A stretch of DNA of 51,361 nucleotides, taken from positions 2,264-53,624 of the forward strand of contig JBBEBL010000263.1 in NCBI GenBank assembly GCA_040882345.1, in the 5' to 3' direction. Origin of the DNA: Chloroflexota bacterium (GTDB lineage: Bacteria; Chloroflexota; Limnocylindria; Limnocylindrales; CSP1-4). Both the position numbers and the translations under genes were made by a program. Shown in pieces: positions 1 through 7,476 of the stretch. Below the pieces are notes generated by a model that was not told the origin of the DNA, did not search any database, and worked only from the letters and a program-made list of their open reading frames with translations. The stretch's first letter is position 1, and the number at the start of each line of letters is the position of its first letter.

Positions 1-1092
1 CGTGGCGGGGATGGCCGGTGGCGGCGCGGGATCCGCGGCCGGCGGGGCCGGGGCCGGTGCCGCGAAAAGGGCAAGCTCGAGTTGGAGCCGCAGGCCGCCG
101 ATGCCGGCCCGGTCGGGATCGATCGCGACGAGGCGACGGGCGACGGTGGCCAGCTGCGCTCCATGGGCGGTGTCGCCGCCGGCGGCCGCGACGACGAGCC
201 GGGCTCGGACGGCGTCCACGACCTGGTCGAGCAGCGCCCGCGGGTCGCGTCCACGTTCCTCGAGGCGGTCCAGGATCCCGATCCCGGTGGTGGCATCGCC
301 GGTCGCCATGGCATCCAGGAACCCCTCGACGGCCGCCGCGTCGGCCAACCCGAGCAGTTCCCGTACGGCGGACTCGGTGATCGGTCCGTCCGGCGTCGAG
401 GTCGAGAGCAACTGGTCCAGGATCGACTCCGCGTCGCGCATGCCGCCGGCGGCCAGCCGAGCGACGAGGGTCACGGCCTCGTCCTCCGCCCTTCGGCTTT
501 CCGCAGCGAGGATGCGGCGCAGCTTGCCCTCGATCTCCGGGACCGTCAGGCGCCGGACGTCATAGCGCTGGAGCCGCGACAGGATCGCCGGCGGGAAGCC
601 GGAGGGCTCCGTGGAGGCGAACATGAAGACGACGAAGTCGGGCGGCTCCTCCAGCGACTTCAGCAGCGCGTTCCAGGCATCCTTGGTGATCTGGTGCGCC
701 TCGTCCAGGATGTACACCTTGCGGCGGAGGTGGCCGGGCGGATACGCGAGTCGCTCCCGGAGCTCACGGACCTCGTTGATCCCGCGGTTGGACGCGGCAT
801 CGATCTCCAGGACGTCCAGGGTGGTGCCCTCACGGATCGCGACGCACGCGGCGCAAACATCGCACGGGTCGCCGTCGCGGAGGTCCGTGCAATTGACCGC
901 CTTGGCCACGATCCTCGCGAGTGACGTCTTGCCCGTACCGCGCGGGCCGACGAACAGGAGGGCGTGCGATACGCGGTCCGTCCGGACGGCGTTACGCAGG
1001 GTCTCGACGACGGCTTCCTGCCCGACGATCTGGCTGAACGTCTGGGCGCGCCAACGTCGATAGAGCGCCTGGTGTGGACTGGTCGTCGTCAC
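1..1092 (-). CDS. dnaX: DNA polymerase III subunit gamma/tau, N-terminal 364 codons (gene continues beyond window start)
   Basis: Absent from the ORF track because it has no stop in the window. My reverse-strand translation from GTG at 1092 reads VTTTSPHQALYRRWRAQTFSQIVGQEAVVETLRNAV..LFVGPRGTGKTSLARI (Walker A), CDVCAACVAI (Zn module), YILDEAHQIT and SRLQRYDVRR. A GGAGGAGG sequence lies immediately upstream. Confidence 0.9.
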   Translation of the reverse strand, partial: MTTTSPHQALYRRWRAQTFSQIVGQEAVVETLRNAVRTDRVSHALLFVGPRGTGKTSLARIVAKAVNCTDLRDGDPCDVCAACVAIREGTTLDVLEIDAASNRGINEVRELRERLAYPPGHLRRKVYILDEAHQITKDAWNALLKSLEEPPDFVVFMFASTEPSGFPPAILSRLQRYDVRRLTVPEIEGKLRRILAAESRRAEDEAVTLVARLAAGGMRDAESILDQLLSTSTPDGPITESAVRELLGLADAAAVEGFLDAMATGDATTGIGILDRLEERGRDPRALLDQVVDAVRARLVVAAAGGDTAHGAQLATVARRLVAIDPDRAGIGGLRLQLELALFAAPAPAPPAADPAPPPAIPAT

Positions 1093-1114
1093 GACCTCCT
1101 CCGGTCGGGGGCGA

Positions 1115-1405
1115 GCGAGGGCGAAGTGCCGTGCACCCTCCGTCGATCGTCCGTCACCCGTGCCCACCGTGACGGGCGGCTCGGACCAGGCCGTTCCGCG
1201 GCACCCGACGATGGTCGCTTAGTGCTGCTTCCTTCCGGACCTGACACGGTTCGCGGTTCGCCGCTGCGCGGGACCCGGTCCTCAACGTCGCACCATCGGG
1301 CGGCATCCGGGGACAGAGACCTCGAGAGGGGATTCAGCCCTGCTGGAGCGGATTGCAGGCTACAGGGCACCGCTAGTTCCCCGCCTAGCACGGCCTCGGA
1401 AGGAT
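1115..1405 (-). ncRNA. ffs: Signal recognition particle RNA, long (Bacillus-type, Alu domain plus S domain)
   Basis: The reverse strand contains the universal domain IV motif GUCAGGUCCGGAAGGAAGCAGC (complement of 1223-1248). The 5' part, GUGCUAGGCGGGGAACUAGCGGUGCCCUGUAGCCUGCAAUCCGCUCCAGCAGGGCUGAAUCCCCUCUCGAGGU, resembles the B. subtilis scRNA Alu domain as I recall it. The 5' and 3' ends pair (CCGUGC/GCACGG). It lies directly upstream of dnaX, as in Firmicutes. Ends are approximate (about +/-10 nt). Confidence 0.85.
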
Positions 1406-1576
1406 AGCGCGCCCGGCCGCCGCGGGTCGGCGAGGCGAGCGGCGAGGGGCGGCGGGTGCAGGGCGTCGCAGCCGAAGGCGGCTCCGGTGAGGATCGCAGC
1501 GAGCGCACTCGCACGTGCGTGAGCGAGCCCCGGAGATCGCCGACGCCCGGATGCGGCGCCAGGCGCCAGCCGGGGG

Positions 1577-1664
1577 TGGCGGAGAGGGCGGGATTCGAAC
1601 CCGCGACGGGTTGCCCCGAACCGCATTTCCAGTGCGGCGCCATAGTCCACTAGGCGACCTCTCC
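1577..1664 (-). tRNA. tRNA-Ser (anticodon GGA), CCA encoded
   Basis: Reverse complement is GGAGAGGTCGCCTAGTGGACTATGGCGCCGCACTGGAAATGCGG..long variable arm..GGGTTCGAATCCCGCCCTCTCCGCCA. Anticodon stem is CCGCA/TGCGG and the loop is CU-GGA-AA. Confidence 0.92.
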
Positions 1665-1717
1665 CCGAGACGGCAGGACCGACCGGAGACCCGGCCGGTC
1701 CGACGTGCGTTCGAGGG

Positions 1718-1803
<86 letters not shown>

Positions 1804-1871
1804 GCGGGAGAGGATACCAAACCCTCGCGTCCCGACCCTCGGCAGGCCCGGAGCGGGACCCTGAGCGGTGT

Positions 1872-2312
1872 TCAGCCGGCGGCCACGGGGGCGGCCAGCG
1901 CCTCTGCCTCGTCCCGGCGGATCCCGCTGACGACCTTGATCCGACGCGGCAATGCCGGATGCTGCGCCAGCTGGATGACCGAGCCCGCGGCCCCGTCGAG
2001 ATCGTTGGGAACGGCGTAGACCAGGGCCTCCACGTCACTCTCGAGAAGGGCCCCGACGCACATCACGCACGGCTCGTGGGTAGTGAAGATCGTCGCGTCC
2101 GCGAGCCGCACCCGACCGAGTCGGCGGGCCGCCTCACGGAGGGCGAGGACCACCGCGTGGGCGGTCGGGTCACCGGTAGCCTCGACCCGGTCGTGGGCCC
2201 GCGCGACCATCGCCTCGTCCACGACGACGACGGCGGCGATCGGACGCTCGCCATGGTCCATGGCGGACTGGGCCTCTGCCAGCGCCTCTCCCATGTACAG
2301 CTCGTAGTGCAT
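1872..2312 (-). CDS. tadA: tRNA adenosine(34) deaminase (TadA/CDA-fold) homologue with a non-canonical active site (HAV instead of HAE)
   Basis: 146 aa. The Zn-ligand motifs are present: DPTAHAVVLALRE and HEPCVMCVGA (PCxxC). Length and position next to the SRP RNA and dnaX are typical of tadA. Codon 54 (complement 2151-2153, GTG) is Val where the family has the catalytic Glu. A TAGCAT box at 2320-2325 lies 7 nt upstream of the ATG. Confidence 0.8.
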   Translation of the reverse strand: MHYELYMGEALAEAQSAMDHGERPIAAVVVVDEAMVARAHDRVEATGDPTAHAVVLALREAARRLGRVRLADATIFTTHEPCVMCVGALLESDVEALVYAVPNDLDGAAGSVIQLAQHPALPRRIKVVSGIRRDEAEALAAPVAAG

Positions 2313-2375
2313 GCGGTCGATGCTAACAGACCCGTCCTCCCGGACCCGGCGGCGGCGCAGTACGATTCAGGCGCC

Positions 2376-3560
2376 ATGACCACATCCAAGCGGATCGCGA
2401 TCCTGACCGGAGGTGGCGACGTCCCCGGTCTCAACGCCGTCATCAAGAGCGTCGTCTATCGAGCGACGGAGGCCGGCTATGTCGTCCTGGGGTTGCGCCG
2501 CGGCTGGGAGGGCCTGACCCACGTCCAGCCCGCACTCCCCGACGGTGGCGGCACGGGTTACCTGCGGCCACTGGACCGGGTCGGCACGCGGACCATCGAC
2601 CGGACGGGCGGCACCGTGCTGCACACGTCGCGGACGAACCCGCGGCGGATGCGCGCCGGTGGGCTACCGCCGTGGATGTCCGAGCAGGACGCCGCCCGCT
2701 ACGTCACGGACGACGGGGTCTACGACCTGACGCCGCTGGTGCTCGACAACCTCTCGGCGCTGGAGGTCGACGTGCTGGTCACGATCGGCGGGGACGACAC
2801 GTTGTCGTACTCGCAGGTGCTGGCCGATGCCGGCGTCGCGCTGATGGCCATCCCCAAGACGATGGACAACGACGTCCAGGGGACCGAGTACTGCATCGGC
2901 TTCTCGACGGCGATCACCCGGGCCAAGGAGGCGATCAATCGCCAGCGGACCACGCTTGGGTCGCACGAGCGGATCGGCGTCTTCCGGATCTTCGGCCGCG
3001 ACGCCGGGTTCTCCGCGTTGTACACGGCGTACGTCACGTCCGGGCGGTGCGTCATCCCGGAGGCGCCATACGACCTGGAAGCGCTGGCCGGATTGATGGC
3101 CGCTGACCACGCCGCCAACCCGAGTCACTACGCCTTCGTGATCACCGCGGAAGGCGCCATCTGGCAGGGCGCCCAGATGGCGGACAAGGGCGAGCCGGAC
3201 GCGTTCGGCCATCGCCACAAGGTCAACGTCGGTGAGGCGCTGGCGGAGGAGCTCAAGCGGCGGACCGGCATCGAAACGCTGGCGTCGGAGCTGACCTACG
3301 ACCTTCGCTCGGGTGAGCCCGACTCGATCGACTCCATGGTCGCGACGACGTTCGCGAACGTCGCGATGGACCTGATCGACAGCGGCGTCACCGGACGCAT
3401 GGTGGCCATCCAGGATGGGAAGTACGCGCACGCCGCACTCCCGGATCCGGCGCTCGGGCCGCGCAAGGTGGACGTCCCGGCGATGTACAACGCGACCCGC
3501 TTCCGGCCTCGCTACGACGGCAAGCTGGGCGACCCGATGCTGCTGGTCGGCCTGGACTGA
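2376..3560 (+). CDS. 6-phosphofructokinase (PfkA family); signature residues are of the PPi-dependent type
   Basis: The start is placed at MTTSKRIAILTGGGDVPGLNAVIKSV. The longer track ORF (1515..) runs through two tRNA genes and tadA and is spurious. Motifs seen: TIGGDDTLSY and IPKTMDNDV. Confidence 0.88.
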   Translation: MTTSKRIAILTGGGDVPGLNAVIKSVVYRATEAGYVVLGLRRGWEGLTHVQPALPDGGGTGYLRPLDRVGTRTIDRTGGTVLHTSRTNPRRMRAGGLPPWMSEQDAARYVTDDGVYDLTPLVLDNLSALEVDVLVTIGGDDTLSYSQVLADAGVALMAIPKTMDNDVQGTEYCIGFSTAITRAKEAINRQRTTLGSHERIGVFRIFGRDAGFSALYTAYVTSGRCVIPEAPYDLEALAGLMAADHAANPSHYAFVITAEGAIWQGAQMADKGEPDAFGHRHKVNVGEALAEELKRRTGIETLASELTYDLRSGEPDSIDSMVATTFANVAMDLIDSGVTGRMVAIQDGKYAHAALPDPALGPRKVDVPAMYNATRFRPRYDGKLGDPMLLVGLD

Positions 3561-3574
3561 TCAGCGGTGGACGG

Positions 3575-4456
3575 TCAGTCGTCCAGCCCGGACAGCCCGC
3601 GGATGGCGCGAGCCAGGGCTGACACGTCGTCGTCACCGTGACCGCGGGCGATCAGGCCTGTCTCCAGCTGGGCCGCCAGCGCGGTGACCGGGAGGGCGGC
3701 GCCGAGCTGGTTCGCGAGGTCGAGGGCGATCGCCAAATCCTTGCGGTGGAGCGTGACCTTGAAGCCGAGCGGGTAGTCGTTGTCCAGCATCCGCCCGCTT
3801 CGGTTGGCCAGCACCCAGCTCTGCGCCGCGCCACCACCAAGCGCGTCCGCGACCTGCTCCACGTCCAGTCCGGCCTTCAGCGCGAGGACGATCCCCTCCG
3901 CGACACCCAGGTAGGTACCCGCCAGGATGACCTGGTTGACCGCCTTGACCGCCTGACCCGCACCGATCGGACCGACATGGGTGATCGTCCTGCCCATCGC
4001 GGCGAGGACCGGTCGGGCACGCTCCACATCACGTGCGTCGCCGCCGACGAAGATGGTCAGCGTGGCATTGCGAGCGCCCTCGCTCCCGCCGGACACCGGG
4101 GCATCGACCATGGCCAGCTCCCGCTCGTGAAGGCGGGCCGCGAAGTCCCAGCTGCCCGACGGCGCGATGGTCGAGCAGTCGATGATGAGTGTCCCGGGTC
4201 GAGCGCCGTCCACGACCCCGTCGGGGCCGAAGAGCACGGCCTCCACGTCCGGCGTATCCGAGACGCACACGACGACCAGCGCCGCGTCCGCCACCGCCTG
4301 GGCCGGGGTGGCCGCGACCGTAACGCCGAGCTCCGCCAGTCCTGACGCCCGCCCCGGCGTGCGATTCCAGGCCGTGACGGCAAAACCCGCCCGTGCCAGG
4401 TTGGCGGCCATCGCCGCACCCATCGTCCCGAGTCCGAGGAAAGCCACGCGCTCCAT
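3575..4456 (-). CDS. NAD(P)-dependent oxidoreductase, 3-hydroxyisobutyrate / 6-phosphogluconate dehydrogenase-like family
   Basis: Start placed at MERVAFLGLGTMGAAMAANLARAG (Rossmann GxGxxG). Later motifs include DAPVSGG and GAGQAVKAVNQ. A TACCAT box at 4465-4470 lies 8 nt upstream of the ATG. The upstream part of the track ORF is Arg/Pro-rich junk. Confidence 0.8.
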   Translation of the reverse strand: MERVAFLGLGTMGAAMAANLARAGFAVTAWNRTPGRASGLAELGVTVAATPAQAVADAALVVVCVSDTPDVEAVLFGPDGVVDGARPGTLIIDCSTIAPSGSWDFAARLHERELAMVDAPVSGGSEGARNATLTIFVGGDARDVERARPVLAAMGRTITHVGPIGAGQAVKAVNQVILAGTYLGVAEGIVLALKAGLDVEQVADALGGGAAQSWVLANRSGRMLDNDYPLGFKVTLHRKDLAIALDLANQLGAALPVTALAAQLETGLIARGHGDDDVSALARAIRGLSGLDD

Positions 4457-4502
4457 CGGACACGATGGTACGGGTCGGGAGCGCCGCGCGTGGGTCGGAC
4501 AC

Positions 4503-5717
4503 GTGGCGGATGATGGCGGCGTGATCCGTCTCGCCGTCGCCCTCTTCGCGGTCCAGGCGGGATTCCACGGCTTCACCGCATCGCTGCCGGTCGCCCTGGC
4601 TCGCGCCGGCGTGCCGGACCCGGAGATCGGCCTCATCGTGGGCGTCGCCGCCCTCGTCCAGCTGCCTGCTGCGTTCGTGGCCGGGATCGTCGTGGATCGA
4701 GTCGGTGGGTTGCGCGTCTTCACGATCGGTGGCCTGGCCTACCTGGTGGGCTGTGCGATCCTGATGGCTCCGGGCGTGGAGCCCGACGGCCCGACCTGGC
4801 CGTTCCTCGTCGCGCGCATCTTCCAGGGGGTCGGCATCGCTGCGACCCTGCCGGCGGCGTTGTCGCTCGTCCCGGCCCTCACCCCACCGACGCAGCGCGG
4901 CTTCGGCCTGGCGTTCATGGGCAGCGCCCACAATCTGACCCTGGTGGCCATGCCGCCGCTGTCGCTGTTCGTCCTGTCGGCGTCGTCGCTCCACGGGGTC
5001 GCGCTGGTCATGACCGGGGTCGTCCTCGTGGGACTGACGATCGCGCGGATCGTGCCGTTCCGCTTTCGACCTCCGGACACCGCCGGGCTGGCGGATGGCC
5101 CGCGCCACGCCGCGCGGCGACGTCTCGGGTTCGCGTTCCGCCGCACGTGGGCGCCCCTGATCGCGATCATCGTCCTGTACGTCGCGCACTGGGGTGTCGT
5201 CCTGGCCTACCTTCCCCAGCGGGCCGAGGCGGCGGGGGCCAACATCGGCCTCTTCTTCGCCGCGGATGGGCTGGCCATCCTGCTCAGCCGGGTCCCGGCC
5301 GGGTGGCTCGCCGATCGGGTACGCCCGGTCCTGCCCATCAGCGCGGGTCTGGCCGCCACGTTCATCGGCGTCGGCCTGTTGACCTTCCCGCCTACGACCC
5401 CGTTGCTCATCGTGGCCGGGCTGCTGGGCGGCGCCGGTGGCGGGCTGGTCATCTCGCCGGTCCTCGTGGAGCTGTCACGCCGCAGCGCTGATGCCGATCG
5501 CGGGAGCGCGTTCTCGCTCTTCTCTGCGGCACTCGCCGCGGCCCTCGTCCTGGGCAGCATCGGGGCGGCGCCACTGATCGGCGAGGTCGGATTCGGGGTG
5601 ACGCTGGCGGTGTCCCTGTCAGGGATCATCGCGGCCGGCATCTTGACCGTGGCGGACACCGGTCTCCGGCGAGTCCCGCTCGGGGCGAGGCTGAGGTCAG
5701 GGGGCTCCGCGGCGTGA
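4503..5717 (+). CDS. MFS transporter
   Basis: Hydrophobic protein of about 12 TM segments (LAVALFAVQAGFHGFTASLPVALARAG..). The start is uncertain: GTG at 4503 or 4521. The earlier part of the track ORF overlaps the opposite-strand oxidoreductase. Confidence 0.7.
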   Translation: MADDGGVIRLAVALFAVQAGFHGFTASLPVALARAGVPDPEIGLIVGVAALVQLPAAFVAGIVVDRVGGLRVFTIGGLAYLVGCAILMAPGVEPDGPTWPFLVARIFQGVGIAATLPAALSLVPALTPPTQRGFGLAFMGSAHNLTLVAMPPLSLFVLSASSLHGVALVMTGVVLVGLTIARIVPFRFRPPDTAGLADGPRHAARRRLGFAFRRTWAPLIAIIVLYVAHWGVVLAYLPQRAEAAGANIGLFFAADGLAILLSRVPAGWLADRVRPVLPISAGLAATFIGVGLLTFPPTTPLLIVAGLLGGAGGGLVISPVLVELSRRSADADRGSAFSLFSAALAAALVLGSIGAAPLIGEVGFGVTLAVSLSGIIAAGILTVADTGLRRVPLGARLRSGGSAA

Positions 5718-5727
5718 TCGGGGGATG

Positions 5728-5803
5728 TGGCGCGCCCGGCGAGACTCGAACTCACGACCTTTAGGTCCGCAACCTAACGCTCTATCCACTGAGCTACGGG
5801 CGC
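5728..5803 (-). tRNA. tRNA-Arg with anticodon GCG (G34, not the usual bacterial A34/ACG), CCA encoded
   Basis: Reverse complement is GCGCCCG-TA-GCTC-AGTGGATA-GAGC-G-TTAGG-TTGCGGA-CCTAA-AGGTC-GTGAG-TTCGAGT-CTCGC-CGGGCGC-G-CCA. The 7-nt anticodon loop is UU-GCG-GA. The D-loop (GGATAGAG) is Arg-like and the overall layout resembles E. coli tRNA-Arg(ACG). Confidence 0.85.
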
Positions 5804-5835
5804 ACGCGATGCCGCTCTGGTCCCGGGAGAGGTCC

Positions 5836-5927
5836 TGGCGGAGAGGGAGGGATTCGAACCCTCGAAGCAGGTTACCCCACTTGGCGGTTTAGCAAACCGC
5901 TGCACTAGACCTCTATGCGACCTCTCC
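5836..5927 (-). tRNA. tRNA-Ser (anticodon GCU), CCA encoded
   Basis: Reverse complement is GGAGAGGTCGCATAGAGGTCTAGTGCAGCGGTTTGCTAAACCGC..long variable arm..GGGTTCGAATCCCTCCCTCTCCGCCA. Anticodon loop is UU-GCU-AA. Confidence 0.9.
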
Positions 5928-6202
5928 GTCGCCGACGGCGGGCGCCATCCTATCACGGCCTCCGGCGTGGCCTGGCGGCCCGATCTCGCGTCCCGGTCCG
6001 GTCGCGCGGGAGGGTCTCGATGCGCCGGAGATCACGGCGCGGATCCGCGACGTGACCCGAAGTCACACAACGGGGATAGTCCCCTCGTGGTCCATCCCCA
6101 GGTCGACATCCTGGAGCCGTTTGGGGATCGACCCCTGTTCATCTGTCGCGGATGCGTGACTACGGGTCACGACGGGCGAGCCGACGCGCGCCGGAGGCTG
6201 GA

Positions 6203-6232
6203 TTGACATGCGACCGCCACTCGGGGGACACT
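6203..6232 (+). promoter_or_regulatory. Candidate promoter for the aro leader (TTGACA, 18 nt spacer, GACACT)
   Basis: Perfect -35 TTGACA at 6203-6208. The -10 GACACT at 6227-6232 is weak and lies 10 nt upstream of the leader-peptide ATG. Confidence 0.3.
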
Positions 6233-6242
6233 CCGTGAACGC

Positions 6243-6278
6243 ATGAACCACACCTTCTACTTTTTGAGCCCGGCATGA
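6243..6278 (+). CDS. Candidate attenuation leader peptide [11 protein letters not shown] (F-Y-F)
   Basis: ATG AAC CAC ACC TTC TAC TTT TTG AGC CCG GCA TGA. Three consecutive aromatic codons sit about 50 nt upstream of an intrinsic terminator that precedes the DAHP synthase gene. It is too short for the ORF track. Confidence 0.45.
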   Translation: MNHTFYFLSPA

Positions 6279-6325
6279 TGGTTCTCGGTCGCTAGACCGG
6301 GGGCACGGGTCGTGCCGGGCGAACG

Positions 6326-6356
6326 AAGCAGAGGCCAGACCTCTGCTTTTTTGTTT
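6326..6356 (+). terminator. Intrinsic terminator / attenuator upstream of the aro operon
   Basis: Perfect stem AGCAGAGG (6327-6334) / CCTCTGCT (6340-6347) with loop CCAGA, followed by TTTTTTGTTT. It lies 35 nt upstream of the aroF start codon, so it cannot be the end of a + strand gene. Confidence 0.75.
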
Positions 6357-6390
6357 GGCCCGACCGATCGACGAGGGAGACCGCACCAAG

Positions 6391-7476
6391 ATGTTCGTCG
6401 TGATGGCCGCCGGCGCCGGCGAGGCCGAGGTCCTGGGAGTCAAGAGCCACATCCTGGGAGAGGGACTGACCCCGTACGACCATGCGTCAGGTGGGCGGGT
6501 CAAGATCGCCGTGGTCGGCGAGGTCGGCGGCCGCCGGCCGGCGCTCCTGGAACGGCTGGGGCGCCTGCCCGGGGTGGAATCGGTCACGCCGATCTCGCGG
6601 CCGTTCAAGCTGGTCTCACGCGAGTTCCATCCCGAGGACAGCGTGATCCGGGTCCTGGATGCCGCCGTCGGCGATGGCTCACTCACGATGATGGCGGGAC
6701 CGTGCTCCGTGGAGAGCCGTGAGCAGCTGTTCGAGACCGCCGACGCGGTCAAGGCCGCGGGGGCGACCATCCTGCGCGGCGGCGCGTTCAAGCCGCGGAC
6801 GAGCCCGTACGCGTTCCAGGGCCTGGGGGTCGAGGCGCTTCGCTACCTCGCCGAGGCGCGTGACCGGACAGGACTGCCGGTCATCACGGAGGTCATGGAG
6901 CCATCCCAGGTGGACATCGTGGCCGAGTACGCCGACATCCTCCAGATCGGCACCCGGAACATGCAGAACTACTCGCTCCTGCGTGACGTGGGCCGGGTCG
7001 CGCGGCCGGTCATGCTCAAGCGCGGCTACGGCGCGACCGTCGAGGAATGGCTGATGGCCGCCGAGTACATCGTCAGCTCCGGCAACCCCAACGTCATCCT
7101 GTGCGAGCGCGGGATCCGCACGTTCGAGACGTACACGCGCAACACCATGGACCTTGCCGCCGTACCACTCCTCCACCACCTGACGCACCTGCCGGTGATC
7201 GTGGACCCGAGTCACGCCACGGGCAAGCGCTGGCTGGTCAAACCGCTGGCCATCGGCGGCGTGGCCGTCGGGGCGGACGGCGTCATGGTGGAGGTGCACC
7301 CCACCCCGGATCAGGCCCTGTCCGACGCGGAGCAGCAACTGAACCTTGACCAGTTCCGGGACCTGATGGAGACGCTCGTCCCCGTCCACGCCCACGTGCG
7401 CGGGCTGCGGGGGGACCCGGTCATGTCCGCCGAGGCGATGGGCATCGGCGGGACGGGAGGCCTGGCGCGACATTGA
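6391..7476 (+). CDS. aroF: 3-deoxy-7-phosphoheptulonate (DAHP) synthase, type I-beta with N-terminal ferredoxin-like/ACT regulatory domain
   Basis: [85 protein letters not shown]. It is collinear with the Thermotoga maritima-type DAHPS. SD GAGGGAGA at 6373-6380. Confidence 0.92.
   Translation: MFVVMAAGAGEAEVLGVKSHILGEGLTPYDHASGGRVKIAVVGEVGGRRPALLERLGRLPGVESVTPISRPFKLVSREFHPEDSVIRVLDAAVGDGSLTMMAGPCSVESREQLFETADAVKAAGATILRGGAFKPRTSPYAFQGLGVEALRYLAEARDRTGLPVITEVMEPSQVDIVAEYADILQIGTRNMQNYSLLRDVGRVARPVMLKRGYGATVEEWLMAAEYIVSSGNPNVILCERGIRTFETYTRNTMDLAAVPLLHHLTHLPVIVDPSHATGKRWLVKPLAIGGVAVGADGVMVEVHPTPDQALSDAEQQLNLDQFRDLMETLVPVHAHVRGLRGDPVMSAEAMGIGGTGGLARH

Noticed and set aside
4167-4502. The N-terminal 112 codons of track ORF 4167-5717 (MFS transporter).
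   Set aside because: - They overlap the opposite-strand oxidoreductase, which has a clear Rossmann fold.
- They are hydrophilic and Ser/Thr/Ala-rich.
- The membrane protein begins at about 4503-4521.
5957-6325. A T-box or other known riboswitch upstream of the aro operon.
   Set aside because: No GGGUGGNACCGCG-like sequence occurs on either strand. The leader peptide plus terminator explanation fits better.
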